Source: Torpedo marmorata | Taxonomy: Eukaryota | Assembly (NCBI GenBank): GCA_977017645.1 | Contig: OZ360219.1 | Coordinates: forward strand, 87,048,001 to 87,112,000 | Direction of reading: 5' to 3' | Length of the DNA stretch: 64,000 nt | In this document: one piece after another, positions 39,778 through 53,805 of the stretch | How the letters are laid out: each line of letters opens with the position of its first letter | How positions within the stretch are numbered: the first letter of the stretch is position 1 | The notes under the pieces: generated by a model | What the model was told of the DNA's origin: nothing | What the model saw: the letters and a program-made list of their open reading frames with translations, nothing else | Database searches by the model: none | Translations under genes and position numbers: made by a program

Positions 39778-41810
39778 TGTGAAGAACACATGTACGACTG
39801 GTTTCAGACTTGCCATTCCAATTACAGACATCTGTTTCCTGAACTGCAGCATTTTCCTGTGCATTCAGTGGTAAGTGTTGTCATGTTTAGGTGATGGCTG
39901 TCTTGCTCCTCCACTGCAAGCTGAAGATTTGTCCACATCTGTTTACAACTGAGTCATCAGGCAGGACAATGAAATTGTGACGGATTAAATTGCATTTTAA
40001 TTCCTCTATGGGAATGTCTTTCATTCCAACCTCCCTGTTGAATATTATTTTCCCTTTGATTACACTTGCATTTTAGATTCAATTTTCCCGAGTAAATTGG
40101 TACAATGCTTTTTAATTTTTTACCATGGCATTTTATGTGCAAGCCCTGACGTGTCTTGTGCTATGGATATCTGAGTGCTTGAAGTCTCATCGTCCTCAGT
40201 GTCCATGAAGAAGTGTGAAGAGACAATTGACTTCGACCAACATCTCAGCATCTTGTGCTGAATTATGTATATTAGAAACAAAAAATATCTGAAATGATTC
40301 CCAGAGGTTAACATTTCTGATGGTATACTCTCCATATTTGCTGCTAATTTTTGACCTATTGTCAGAAGGCATTTCTCAAAGATTATCATCTTGTGTAGAG
40401 TTCACCAAATCTTGAATGCCATTCATGAAAAGGTTCTCGTGTCACTGAGTGATTACGTGCAGCAGATCTTGTAATTTATTTTCTGTTGCAAGGATTTTCC
40501 TCCTTTTCCATGACTGCAGGGGATGTGTGATGTGTGGTAACTATGATGGTAATGCTTCGTCATTGTTGGGAACAAATATAATTAATCCTTCTTGCTAAAT
40601 CGTGATCTGCCAGAGAAGTTGACAATTTTCCTGAATTTTAATTTTACTTGTCAAATACCTAACTGCAATTTTTTTTTCTTCTGTGGACAGGAGTGTAAGT
40701 TGTCTTATTTTGGTTTGGTACACTTGGAGAGGTCAGACTGGAGGACAGACAAAAACTTAATTCATTCTTCCTACGCAGGTACAGAAATGTTATCTTTTAA
40801 AGGTGGTATACCCACATATTTGCTGCTATTTTTTGATCTATCGTCAGAAGACATTTCTAAAAGATTGTCATCCTTGTGTCGTGTTCACCAAATCTTCAAT
40901 GCCATTCATGAAAAGGTGTTCTCATGTCGCTGAGTGATCATGTGCAGCATATCTCCTTGTAATTTATTTCCTGTTGCAAGGGTTTTCCTCCTTTTCCATG
41001 AATGCAGGGTATGTGCGATGTATGTTCACTACAAAGGTAGTGCTTCATGATTATTGGGAACAAAAATGTTAAGTGCTCCCTGTTGTAGTGTCTTTACTTG
41101 TTAAATCGTGATCTGCTGGAGAAGTTGACAATCACTTCGGAATTTTATTTTTGCTTGTCAAATATCCATCTGCAATATTTTTTTCTGTGGACAGAAGTTC
41201 AAGTTGCGACATAGTGATTTGGTACACCTAGAGAGGTCAGAATGGAGTGCAGACAAGAATTTCACCCATTCTTCCTTTGCAGTTACAGAAACTTTAGCTT
41301 TTGAAGTTGTTCATCACTCCTATAAATTTGTTTAGATATGCAGGATATCTTTGGTGAGCCTTTCATGTTAAGAACACGTGTACGACTGGGTTCAGACTTG
41401 CCATTCCAAATACAGACATCTGTTTCCTGAACTGCAGCATTTTCCTGTGCATTTAGTGGTAAGTGCTGCCATGTTTTGGTGACAGCTGTCTGTCTCCTAA
41501 ACTGCAAATGAAAATTTGTCCACATCTGTTTACAACTGAATCATCAGACAGGGCAATGAAATTCCAATTCATTAAATTGCCTTCTATTTCCTCCAGAGGT
41601 GTGTATTTCTTTCGAACCTCCTTGTTGATGATTATTTTGCCCTTTGATTACACTTGCATTTTAGATTCAATATTTCCGCAGGCAATTGGTACAATCTTTT
41701 TTTTTCCTTTGGATTTCCTGTGCAAGACCTGTTGTGACTAGTGCTTTTCATATCTGAGTTCTTAAAGTCTCATTGTACTTCGCGTCCATGCAGAATTGTG
41801 AAAAGATGAT

Positions 41811-42243
41811 TGTATAGACGACACTTTCCTCTTGTCTCCTAATTTCAAAATATCATCTTCCAAAGTGTGAGCTACGATATTCCGAATTATCATCCCTTTA
41901 ATCCAATAAATCAAGTTCTTTGGCAGCTATTTTTGTCGTTTTAATTCGTTGATTAAGCGTAGAAACATTTTACATAGTTTCACAATAAAACTTGTATAGA
42001 GTTGAATAATAAAGCATTTATGGTATTTAAGAGATACAAAAACATTTAAAGAGATGCAAGAAAATATGTCTCGTGCTTACGCATCCTTCACATCTCGTAG
42101 AATGAATAGCAATGGCTCTTGCCTGGGTGGATATAATGACATATTACATCATAATCACTATAGTAACAATACAAACAATAGTTCTTTTAAAGAGACAGGC
42201 ATATAATTAACTAAGAGTCAAAACACTGGTTTTAACCTTTACA
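41811..42243. mobile_element. Probable solo LTR (433 bp)
   Basis: TGTA...TACA termini and AT-rich interior. Absent from sister monomers (host GAGATGATTGAC). GAT(T) is duplicated at the flanks. Confidence 0.6.
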
Positions 42244-44889
42244 GATTGACTTCGTCAAGTATCTCAGCAACTTGTGCCGAGTTATGTTAATTAACTCAAT
42301 ATAATGTCAATAAATGTCTCCTTTTGGTGAACATTTCTGATGGTTTACTTTCCATATTTTATGTAGACGATTAGACAAACAGTAAGAAGGAAATTTACGA
42401 AGATGATAATTTGAGATAATTTATGCCAAATCCAACGCTGCCATTTATGAAAGTCTTTTCTCCCCTCACTGAGATCACATGATTCAGCTCACCTTTTACT
42501 TTATTTCCTTTTCCAACAATTTTTCTTACTTACCATGACGACAGCAGTGGTGTTTAATGATTGTTCGCTACAAAAATATTAAGTGCCTTGACTTTCATTT
42601 CTTTACTTGTCGATTCATCACCCACTGGAACAATTTTATTTATAGACGTCAAACATGCATCTTGCTCTATATAGTTCTGTGCAATATATGTGCACATTTC
42701 CTTGTGCTGGTTTGATACCTTTGCATTCCTGAGACTGATCGAAAGGCTCTTCAAAAGTTTCGAACCTACCAATCTGAGGGTTTGAAAATCTTGTAATTGT
42801 TCTGCTACGGAATGTTACATTATGAAACTGTTCATTTTCCCAAAAATACATTTGGAATTGCTGTATATCTTTGGTGAGCCTTTCACCTGATGAAGACGTT
42901 TACGACTGGGTTCAGACTTGTCATTCCAATTACGGACATCTTTTTTCCTGAACTGCAGCATTTTCCTGTGCATTCAGTGGTACGTGCTGCCCTGTCGAGG
43001 TGACAGCTGCCTGGCTCCTTAACTGGACGATGACGATTTATGAACGTCTGTTTACAACTGAATCATCAGTCAGGGCAATAAAATTGCGACGGATGAAATT
43101 GTGTTTGATTTCCTCCACGGGTGTGTTTTTCTTTCGAACCTCCCTGTTGATGATTATTTTGCCCTTTGATTACACTTGCATTTTCGATTTAATTTTTCAG
43201 GAGTAAATTGGTGCAATATTTTTTAGTTTTTTCCATTGCATTTTATGTGCAAGCCCTGATGTGACTTGTGCAATACATATCTGAGTGCTTAAACTTTCAT
43301 CGTCCTCAGCTTCCATGCAGTATTGTGAAGAGACGATTGACTACGTCAATCATCTCAGCATTTTGTGCTGAGTTATATCTATTAGAACCAAAAAATATCA
43401 GAAATGATTCCTCGAGGTTTACATTTCTGATGGTACTGTATACCAGCATATCTGCTGCTACTTTTTGAAGTATCAACAGAAGGCATTTCTTAAATATTAT
43501 CACCAAATCTTTAATGCATTCATGAAATGGTGTTCTCGTGTCACTGAGTGAACAGGTGCAGCAGATCTTGTAATTTATTTCCTGTTGAAGGGTTTTCCTC
43601 CTTTTCCATGACTTCAGGGGAGGTGCAATGTGATCACTATGAAGGAATTGCTTCTTCATTATTGGGTGGTGTCTTTACTTGTTAAAAAGTGATCTGCTGG
43701 AGAAGTTGACAATTACTTCTGAGTTTTATTTTTGCTTGTCAAATACCTAACTGCAATTTTTTTCTGTGGACAGCTGTGCAATGTGCCTCAGTGTTTTGCT
43801 ACACGTGGAGAGGTCAGAATGGCGGGCAGACAAGAATTTCATCAATTTTTCCCATGCAGTTACAAAAACTTTACCTTTTGTTGTTCATCATTCCTAATAA
43901 ATTTGTTCAGATATGCAGGATATGTTTGAGCCTTTCACCTTAACAAGATGTGTACGGCTGGGTTCAGACTTGTCATTCCAATGACCGATATCTGTTTCCT
44001 GAACTGCAGCATTTTCCTGTGCATTCAGTGGTAAGTGCTGCCATGTTTAGGTGATGACTGTCTGTCCCATCAACTGCAAGTTGAAGATTTGTCCACATCT
44101 GTTTACAAACAGTCAGTAGGAAATTGTCAAAGCTGATAATTTGAGATAATTTATGACAAATCCAACGCTGCCATTCATGAAAGTTGTTTCTCCACTCACT
44201 GAGAGATCACTTCATTCAACTCACCTTTTATTTTATTTCTTTTTCCAAGGGTTTTCCTTCCTCACCATGACGACAGCAGTGGTGTTTAATGATTGTTCGG
44301 TACAAAATATGAAGGGCTACGCCTTTCATTTCTTTACTTGCCGAATCTTCACCCGCTGTAACAATTTTATTTATAGATGTCAAACATGCGTCTCGTTCTA
44401 AATTGTTCTATGCAATATATGTGCAAATTTCCTTGAGCTGGTTTAATACCTTTGCATTCCTGAGACTGATAGAAAGGTTCTTCAAAAGTTTCAAACCTCC
44501 CAAAACTAGAAAGGATTTGAGGGTTTGCAAATTTTGTAGTTGTGCTGCTACGGAATTTTACCTTTTGAAATTGGTCATTTTCCTAAAAATAGATTTTGAA
44601 TTGCTCTATACCTTTGGTGAGCCTTTCACCTGAAGATGATGGTTACGACTGGGTTCAGACTTGCTATTCCAATTACAGACATCTGTTGCCTGAACTGCAG
44701 CATTTTCCTGTGCATTCAGTGGTAAGTGCTGCCATGTTTAGGTGACGACTGTCTTGTTACTCAAGTGCAAGATGAATATTTGTCCACATCTTTTTACAAC
44801 TGAGTCGTCAGGCAGGGCAAAAAATTATGACAATCAAATTTTGTTTTATTTCTTCCATTGAAATGCCTTTCTTCCCAACCTCTCTGTTT

Positions 44890-46994
44890 TTTATAGCTTT
44901 CTTTTAAATAATTTATTTAAAATTTTTAAATCACAAAATACATAAAATAGAATATAAAATTATCAAATTGTTTGTGATACATTTTCACCCCCCCTCCCTC
45001 CCTCCCCTCCCCAACCCTCCCAACCCCACTAATCTAATAAAAAAAATATAAAAAATAAAAATAGAAATAGATGAAGAAAATGAAAGAAAAAGATAGAGTA
45101 AGGGGAATGCCAATCTATAAACTAATTCTATTATGGAGGTCAAGTATGCCAGTAGATCCGATATCCAGAGATCTTCAAATCCTTAAACCAACAGCTTTCA
45201 TATATGGGCTCCAAATTTTGAAGAAGAAATAATATTTATTACGTAGATTATAAGTAATTTTTTCAAGTGGTATACACGAACGAAGTTCTGCATGCCATCT
45301 TTCTAATCCTAAATCTAAATCAGATTTCCAAGTAATAGCAATGCATTTCTTTGAAACAGCTAAAGCAATTCGCAAAAATTCTATTTGATACATATTTAAT
45401 TTCATCTTAATACTAAATTTTCTTATATCTCCAAACAAAAATATCATAGGATCCATTGGAAATGTAATCTTAAATACTTTATCTAAAACATTTTTAACTT
45501 TCAAACAAAAATCATAAACTTTTGGACAAAACCATGTAGAATGTACAAAAGACCCTTCCTCTTTATTACATCTAAAACATAAACCTGATAATGCCAGATT
45601 AAATTTCTTTAATTTTTTTAGTTGTTAAATATAATTGATGAAAAAAATTGTATTGTACTAATCTATATCTAACATTAATAATCTTCGTCATACTTAATTT
45701 ACATAATTCTTTCCAATGATTTTCATCTATTCTTACATTCAAATCTAATTCCCATTTTAATCTTGATATATGCAATCCTACTTTAGGCATTTTCCTCTGA
45801 AACAATTTATACATTGAGAAATAAATTTATTAACATCTCCATTAGTAACTAATAATTCTAATTCATTTTGTCTTGGTAAAATCAAAGCATAACCTAATTT
45901 CTCAATCAAAAAAGCTCTAACTTGATAATAAGCAAAAAGTGTATTGTCTAATATATTAAATTTATCTTTCATTCTTTGAAAAGTAATAAATTTCCCAGCT
46001 TCAAAACAATCATTAATCTTCTTAATTCCTTTTTGAAACCAAATTTTAAATAATTGATTATTAATAGTAAATGGAATAAGTCCATTTTGATATAAAGGCA
46101 TCCTTGAAGAAATCAATCCTTTTCCTCCTATTTCCTTATCCGTCTTATTCCATATTTCTAACAAATGTTTAAAAATAGGCGAATTTTTATTTTTTGTTGA
46201 TATTAATTTAGAATCCCATTTATAAATAATTTCTTCTTTGGAATCTTCTCCTATATTATTTAACTCTATTTTAATCCAAGCAGAAGATTTAGTTGAGTCA
46301 AAAAATTCATTAACAAATTTTAGTTGAGCTGCTTTATAATAATTTTGGAAATTAGGAAGTTGTAAACCACCCATTTCATAATTCCAAGTTAATTTTTCCA
46401 TACCTACTCTTGCTAACTTTCCTTTCCATAAAAATTTTCTAATAATTGAATTTAAATCTTTTTTAAAATTTTGAGGAATTCCATAAGGAATTGATTGAAA
46501 AAGATATTGAATTCTTGGAAAAACATTCATTTTAATACAGTTTACTCTTCCCATTAAAGTTATAGGTAAGTCTTTCCAATTTTCTAAATCTTTCTTTATT
46601 TTCACAAATAATGGTAGATAATTTAATTTATATAAATTAGCCAATTTTGTATCAACCCTTATTCCCAAATATTTAATTCCTTCCTTTGCCCATTTAAAGT
46701 GTGTAATTTCTTTACATCTACTATAATCCCCTTGTGATAATGCCATAATTTCACTTTTATCAGAATTAATTTTATATCCAGATATTTCCCCATATTCTCT
46801 CAATAACACAGACAATTGTACTAAGGATGTAATAGATTTCGTCATATATATCAATACATCATCTGCAAACAAACTAATTTTATGTTCTTCCATTCCAACT
46901 TTAATACCAACTATTTTAGGATCTTTTCTAACTAATTTCTAACTATCGCCAAAATAAATAATGCTGGTGACAAAGGACATCCTTGTCTAGCAGA
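44890..46994 (-). mobile_element. 5'-truncated L1 LINE, same family as 9419-11890
   Basis: ORF2 fragments RQGCPLSP and ISLFADDVLIY (371-aa ORF at 45778-46893). G-rich 3' UTR and A-tail. The empty site at about 25210 shows no TSD. Confidence 0.95.
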
Positions 46995-47799
46995 TGATTC
47001 TTTTGCACTTTGATTACAGTAGAATTTTAGATTAAATTTTACTGGAGGAATTTGGGGCAATGATTTTTTATGTTTCCCATTGCATTTTCTGTGCAAGATC
47101 TGATGTGACTTGTGCAATACATAGCTGAGTGCTTAAAGTCTCATCATCTTCAGCGTACATGCAGAATTGTGAAGAGATGATTGAGTTCGTCACACATCTC
47201 AGCAATTTGTGCTGAATAGTGTTTATTGGCACCAAATAATTTCACAAAATGTCTACTTTCGATGAACATTTCTGATGGTTCATTAGCCATATTTCTGCAG
47301 ACCTTTTGGAATACTGTAAGAAGGAATTTTTTGAAGATAATTTGAGATAATTTATGCCATATCTAACGCTGCCATTCATGAAATTCTTTTGTCCTCTCAC
47401 TGAGAGATCATGTGCACCAGCTCACCTTTTACTTTATTTCATTTTCCAAGGGGTGTTCTTCCTTATCATGATGACCGCAGTGGTGTTCAATGATTGTTGG
47501 GTACAAAAATATTAAGTGGAATGTCTTTCGTTTCTTTACTTGTCGAATCGTCATCCACTGGAACAATTGTATTTCTACACGGCAAACATCTGTCCCTCTC
47601 TAAATGGTTCTTTGCAATACGTGTGCACAATTCATTGTCCTAGTTTGATACGCTTGCAGGTCCTGTGACTGATCGAAAGGCTAAAAAGATTTGATCCACC
47701 AAACCTGATGCAGGATTTGATGGTTTCCAATAATTGTTGGGCTGCTATGGAAAGTTACCTTTTTAAATTGTTTGTTTTCCTAAAAAAAAATTGCAATTT

Positions 47800-48072
47800 G
47801 GCGGCACGGTGGTCGTAGCGGTTAGCGCAACGCCTTTACAGCGCCAGCGATAGCGAACAAGGTTCGAATCCCGTGCTGTCTGTAAGGAGCTTCTACGTTC
47901 TCCCCGTGTCTGCGTGGGGTTTCCCCGGAGGCTCTGATTTCCTCCCACATTTCAAAACGTACCGGGGGTGAAGGTTAATTGGGTGTAAAATTGGGTGGCA
48001 CGGACTCATGGGCCGAAATGGCCTGTTACCGTGCTGTATGTCTAAATTTTTTAAAAATTAGATTTTTTTAAA
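47800..48072 (+). mobile_element. V-SINE copy
   Basis: Same element and insertion site as 12944 and 26016. Confidence 0.9.
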
Positions 48073-50630
48073 AATTGCTGTATACATTTGGTGAGCCTAT
48101 CACATGAAGAAGACGTTTTCGATGGATTGAGACTTGCCATTCCAATTACAGACATCTGTTTCCTGAACTGCAGCATTTTCCTGTGCATTCAGTGGTAAGT
48201 GCTGCCATGTTTAGGTGACGACTGCCTGGCTCCTCAACTGCAAGATGAGGATCTATCCAGATCTGTTTACATCTGAATCATCAGACAGGCCAATGAAGTT
48301 GAGGCAGGTTAAATTGTGTTTTATTTCCTCCATGGGAATGTCTTTCATTCCAACCTCTCTTTTGATGATTATTTTGCCCTTTGATTTTATTTTAGATTCC
48401 ATATTTTCAGAGGAAACAATTCTTTTTAATTTTGCCCATTGCAATTTCTGTGCAAGACCTGACATGACTTGTGCAATTCATATCTGAGTGCTTAAAGTCT
48501 CGTTGTCTACAGAGTACATGCAGAATTGTGAAGAGACAATTGACTTCATCAAACACCTCAGCATCTTGTGCTGATTTATGTTTATTAGCACCAAATAATA
48601 TCAGAAAAGTCTCCAGTCGGTAAATATTTCTGATGGTATACTCCCCATATTTGCAGATAATTTTCAACAAATGGTCTGAAGGCATTTCTCAAAGATTGTC
48701 ATCTTGTATAATTTTCACCAAATCTTAGATGCCATTCATGAAATTGTGTTCTCGTATCACTGAGTGATCACGTGCAGCAGATCTCCAACCAATTCAATTC
48801 CTGTTGCAAGGGTTATCCTCCTTTTCCAATACTGCTGGGGATGTGCTGTGTGTGGTCACTATGAAGGTAGTGCTTCATCATTGTTGGGAACAAAAATATT
48901 AAGTGCTACCTGCAGTGGTGTCTTTACTTGCTAAATCAGATCTGCTATTGAAATTGACAATTTTTTCTGAGTTTTATTTTTCCGTGCCAAATATCTAACT
49001 GCAATTTTTTTTACTGTGGAACAGAGTGGAAGTTGCGTCATGTTTCTTTGGCACACATGGAGAGGTCAGACGGAAAGACAGTGAAGAATTTCATCCAATC
49101 TACCCAGACGTGTACAGAAACTTTACCTTTTGAAGTTGGTCGTTATTCCTAATCAATTTGTTCAGATGTGCAGGATATGTTAAACCTGAAGAAGACATGT
49201 ACGACTGGTATCAGACTTCCCATTCTAATTACAGACATCTGTTTCCTGAACTGCAGCATTTTCCTGTGCATTCAGTGGTAAGTGCTGCCATGTTTAGGTG
49301 ACCACTGTCTGGCTCATCAACTGCAAGATGAAGATTTGTCCACATCTGTTTACAACTGAGTCAACAGGCAGGGCAATAAAATTGCAATGGATTAAATGCT
49401 GTTTTATTTCTTCCATGGGTATGTCTTTCTTTCCAAAATCTCTGTTGATGATTATTTTGCCCTTTGATTACACTTTAATTTTTAGATTCAGAAGGCAATT
49501 GTCAAAGATTGTCATCTTGTATACTTATGAATGCCATCAGACTGGAGGACAGACAAATATTTCATTCATTATTCCTACGCTGGAACAGAAACTTTACTTT
49601 TTGAAGGTGTTCATCATTCCTAATAAATTTGTTCAGATATACAGGATATCTTTGGTGATCCTTTCATTTGAAGAACACATGTACAACTGGGTTCAGACAT
49701 GCCATTCCAATTACAGAAATCTGTTTCCTGAACTGCAGCATTTTCCTGTGCATTTAGTGGTAAGTGTTGCCATGTTTCAGTGACGGCTGTCTGTCTCCTA
49801 AACTGCAAGTTGAAGATATGTCCGCATCTGTTTACAACTGAGTCATCGTGGTTTGATACGCTTGCAAGTGTCCTGTGACTCTGATCGAAAGGCTCTTCAA
49901 AAGTTTTGATCCATCAAATCTGACGCAGGATTTGAGGGTTTGCAATATTTGTTGTTATGCTGCTATGGAATGTTACCTTTTGAATTTTTTATTTTCCTAA
50001 AAAAACATTTGGAATTGCTGTATATATTTGGTGAGGTTATCACCTGAAGAAGATGTGTACATCTGAATCATCAGATAGTCCAACGAAATTGCAACAGTTT
50101 AAATTGTGTTTTATTTCCTCCATGGGAATGTCTTTCTTTCCAACTGTCCTGTTGATGATTATTTTACCCTTTGATTACACTTGTATTTTAGATTCCATTT
50201 TTCCAGAGGAAATTGGTACAATTCTTTTTAATTTTGCCCATTGCATTTTCTGTGCAAGACCTCCTGTGTCTTCTGCAATACATATCTGAGTGCTTAAAGT
50301 CTTATCGTCTTCAGCATCCATGCAGAATTGTGAAGAGGTGATTGACTTCCTCAAACATCTCAGCATCTTGTGCTAATTTATGTTTATAGCACCAAATAAT
50401 ATCAGAGATGGTTCATATCGATAAACATTTCTGATGGTATTCTCCCCATATTTGCTGATAATTTTCAACAAATTGTCTGAAGGCATTTCTCAAAGATTGT
50501 CATCTTGTATAGTTTTCACCAAATCTTCAATGCCATTTGTGAAATTGTGTTCTCGTGTCACTGAGTGAACACGTGTAGCAGATCTCCTTCTAATTTATTT
50601 CCTGTTGCAAGGGTTTTCCTCCTTTTCCAA

Positions 50631-50765
50631 TGTTATGTTTGTTCCTTAAAGAACAACCTTGCGTGGTTTTAACGCTTAAACAACTTTATTTTTCGAGTTG
50701 CTTGGACCACTTTTTGTGCCCGCGCCAACCGCACGCATTGCCTACTGGGAATGCATAATAACACA
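50631..50765 (-). repeat. 3' LTR of the Gypsy element (135 bp)
   Basis: TG...CA termini, directly after the polypurine tract, with AATAAA on the minus strand. Confidence 0.7.
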
Positions 50766-53700
50766 TCTTTCCCCTTTTTAAAAAAAAAAGGGAAAAAAAC
50801 ACAAACAGAATACTATGCCTACATAACAAGGGTATCTACATTCCGTCGCCAGTCTCGTTCCACTCAGCAGCTTTCAATCAGTCTCTGAAGTGGTTTAACA
50901 GTCCTTTTTGGTCTGGTATGTGTTTTGGTTCATTCTTGGCCAGTATATAACCTCTCGAGCTCTACGTTTACATTTTTCCTCACCAAGATGTCCTTCGTGT
51001 ATCTTTTAGAGCATTTCCTTGCATAGCAACACTGGAATCACAAACCTGTTCCCTTTGAAGACCATATCTTTCACAACTGACAGTTCATCTCTGCATGCCC
51101 AATAATCCCGAATACCCATTGGATAGTCATTCTTAGTTGCTGGCCATCCTTTCTGTATTGTATTCATTGTTTCATCTGTCTGTTGCTTTCCTGATCTGCT
51201 CTGTTCTATCCCGGGATACTGGAAATGAGGTGATAATCATGTCAACATAGGCCTGTATCTACGAATTAACATCTTGGTCGTTCTTTTCTTTCTTGTCAAC
51301 TGCTCGAGACAGTGCATCAGCTGCAAACATGTATTTTCCTGGCGTGTAGATAATTTTCACATCGTATTTCTGCAGCCTCATCAACATGCACTGTACTCTC
51401 ATGGGAGTCATTCAGTGGTTTGGATATAATTGAGACCAGTGGTTTATGGTCTGTCTCCACTTCAAGAGCTTGTCCATAAATGTGTTGATGGAACCTTTTG
51501 CATGCATAAGTGCTGGCAAGAAGCTCTTTCTCTATCTGTGCATAGTTGGCTTCTGCACTTGTTAAAGCCCTTGATGTATAGGCCACAGGTTGCCATGTGT
51601 CCTCATGCTGCTGCAGTAGTACTGCTCCAAGGCCATGTCGGGATGCATCAGCCGAGATCCTGGTGCGCCTATCCGGATTTAGTACATTTAGTACAGGCTG
51701 AGCCTGGAAGCACTCTTCTTGCTCCTGCGACCAGATCCACTCATTTTTCTGCTCAAGGAGTGACCTAAGTGGTGCTGACACAGTTGACATACGGATGAAC
51801 TTAGCCAGGTAAGTCACCATCCCCAAGAAACATCTCGCCTCCTCTTTGTTTTGGGGCCTCACAAAATTCTCAATGGCTGATGACTTTCTTGGATCAGGCT
51901 TCACTCCCTGTTCAGATATGACATCTCCTATGAAGGTCAGTGTCTTTACGCCAAACTCACATTTTCTTTATTTAATTTCAAATTGACATTTCGTGTCATG
52001 TCAAGCACTTGTTCAATCTTGGTGGACCCCCATACAATGATGTCAACCATCATGGTCTCAACTCCAGGTATACTTTCAAAGATCATGTGGATTGTTTTAT
52101 GGTGGACTTCAGGTGCAGACACGATCCCATATGGTAGCCGAAGAAAGCGGTATCTTCCTTGTGGAGTATTGAAAGTGCATAGTCTCGAACTTGCCTCATC
52201 GAGCTTCATCTGCCAAAAACCCGATGACGCGTCGAGCTTGCTAAACCACTTGGCAGCTGCAAACCGGGACATGATTTCCTCCCATGTCAGCAATTTAAAA
52301 TGCTCTCTGTTGATGGTTTTATTGAGAACTGTTGGGTCCAGACATATATGCAATGCTCCATTTATCTTTTGCACGATGACCAGTGAGCTGACCCAATCTG
52401 TCGGTTCTTCAATTTTCTGTATGACTTTCTTCCATTCCACGTGTGCTAGTTCTTGTTTAAGTTTATCTCTAAGTGGAAACGGAACTTTTCTGTATGCATG
52501 GACAACAGGAGCCATTGTCTCATGTACGTGGATCTTGTGTACACCAGGTAAACATCCAAGCCCCTCAAAGACATCTGCGTACTCTTCCATGAGCGTTGCA
52601 TGCTCATCTTCGGTCTATGAAGCCACTATGAAAACTCTTCACCAGGTTGAGCTCTTCACATCCACTCAGACCTAATATTGGCTGTACTCTCTTTTCTACA
52701 ATCAGTAGCTGTGACTTTAGATGCCGCCCTTTGTGTTTGAAGATCAACATACAGCCCCGTTTTACTGGAACGTTCTCTCCAGTGTAGCCTGACACTTTTA
52801 ATTTCACTGGATAAATCTTGCTCTTTACGGTGAGGATCTTGTAATCATCCATAGATAACAGATTCACCTGGGCTCCGGTGTCGAGCTTAAATGGAATTAC
52901 TGTCTCATTCACAGTCACTGGAACGATCCATTCCGTTTTACCAGCAACAGCAGTCTAGTGAATCCACGAAGAATTCCTCCATTTCTTCGTCCACTGTGTG
53001 CACCTTTCTCTTGGTAGTCCCTGCTTTGCAGCACTTTGCAAAATGATTCCTCTTCCCACATTTATTGCAGGACTTTCCTTAGGCAGGACACATCTTTGGA
53101 ATATGTCTACCTCCGCACCTGCTGCATTTGCTGTTTGAGCCTACCTCTTTGCTTTGCTGTAGCTTTGGGAAACTCCTGGTGCTCTGCTTCTCTGTTTTCA
53201 CCTCATGCACTGTTGTGTCTATCCTGTGCAGCTCCTTAGCTTGTGCTTGTGTGGTCTCTGCTGCCCTACACATACAGGGCTATTCACAGCCTTTTCCAGT
53301 GTCAAATCTTTTTCACTCAACAGTCTTTCTCTAAGCCCATTATCTGGGATTCAGCAAACTACAGTATTCTGTCTCTAATGAGTGAGTTTTTCAAATCTCC
53401 AAATTCACAGGACTTACTCAGTGTGTGAAGCTCAGCTAAGTATTGGTCGAAGCTCATACCTTGTTTCTGGTCACAAGAGAAAAATGAGAATCACTCAAAC
53501 GTGACGTTTTTACTTGGAAGAAAATACTCCTCAAAATTTGTCATCAGAGTGTCCAACGTGAAAGCTGTCTCATCAATTTGAAAACTGTTATAGATGTCCA
53601 AGGCATCTTCACTCATCAAGTGTAGAAATATAGACGCTTTCTGTTTTTCATCGGTTTCTCCCGCTCCACCCGCCTCTAAATAAATATTGAATCGCTGTTT

Positions 53701-53805
53701 GAAGCATTTCCAATTATCGGTTAGATTGCCGGTAAACTGCATCGGTGTAGGAGGACTTAACTTATCCATGACGGGAACTATTGTCTTTTCTTACTTACTC
53801 ACACA
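50631..53805 (-). mobile_element. Decayed Ty3/Gypsy LTR retrotransposon (gag, protease, RT, RNase H; integrase largely deleted)
   Basis: Gag MDKLSPP...NWKCFKQRF, knuckles CSRCG..H..CPA and CNKCGKRNHFAKCC, protease FKLDTGAQVN, RT FSKLDASSGFWQ, RNase H ADASRHGLGAVL...ETDHKPL. PPT AAAAAGGGGAAAGA abuts the 3' LTR. Confidence 0.92.

Noticed and set aside
41330-41458. METTL25-like or GREB1-like identity of the exon peptide
   Set aside because: Only a few spaced residues resemble my recollection of these proteins and the upstream half does not fit. Not supportable without a search.
51983-52675. 230-aa plus-strand ORF
   Set aside because: Antisense shadow of the Gypsy RT frame.
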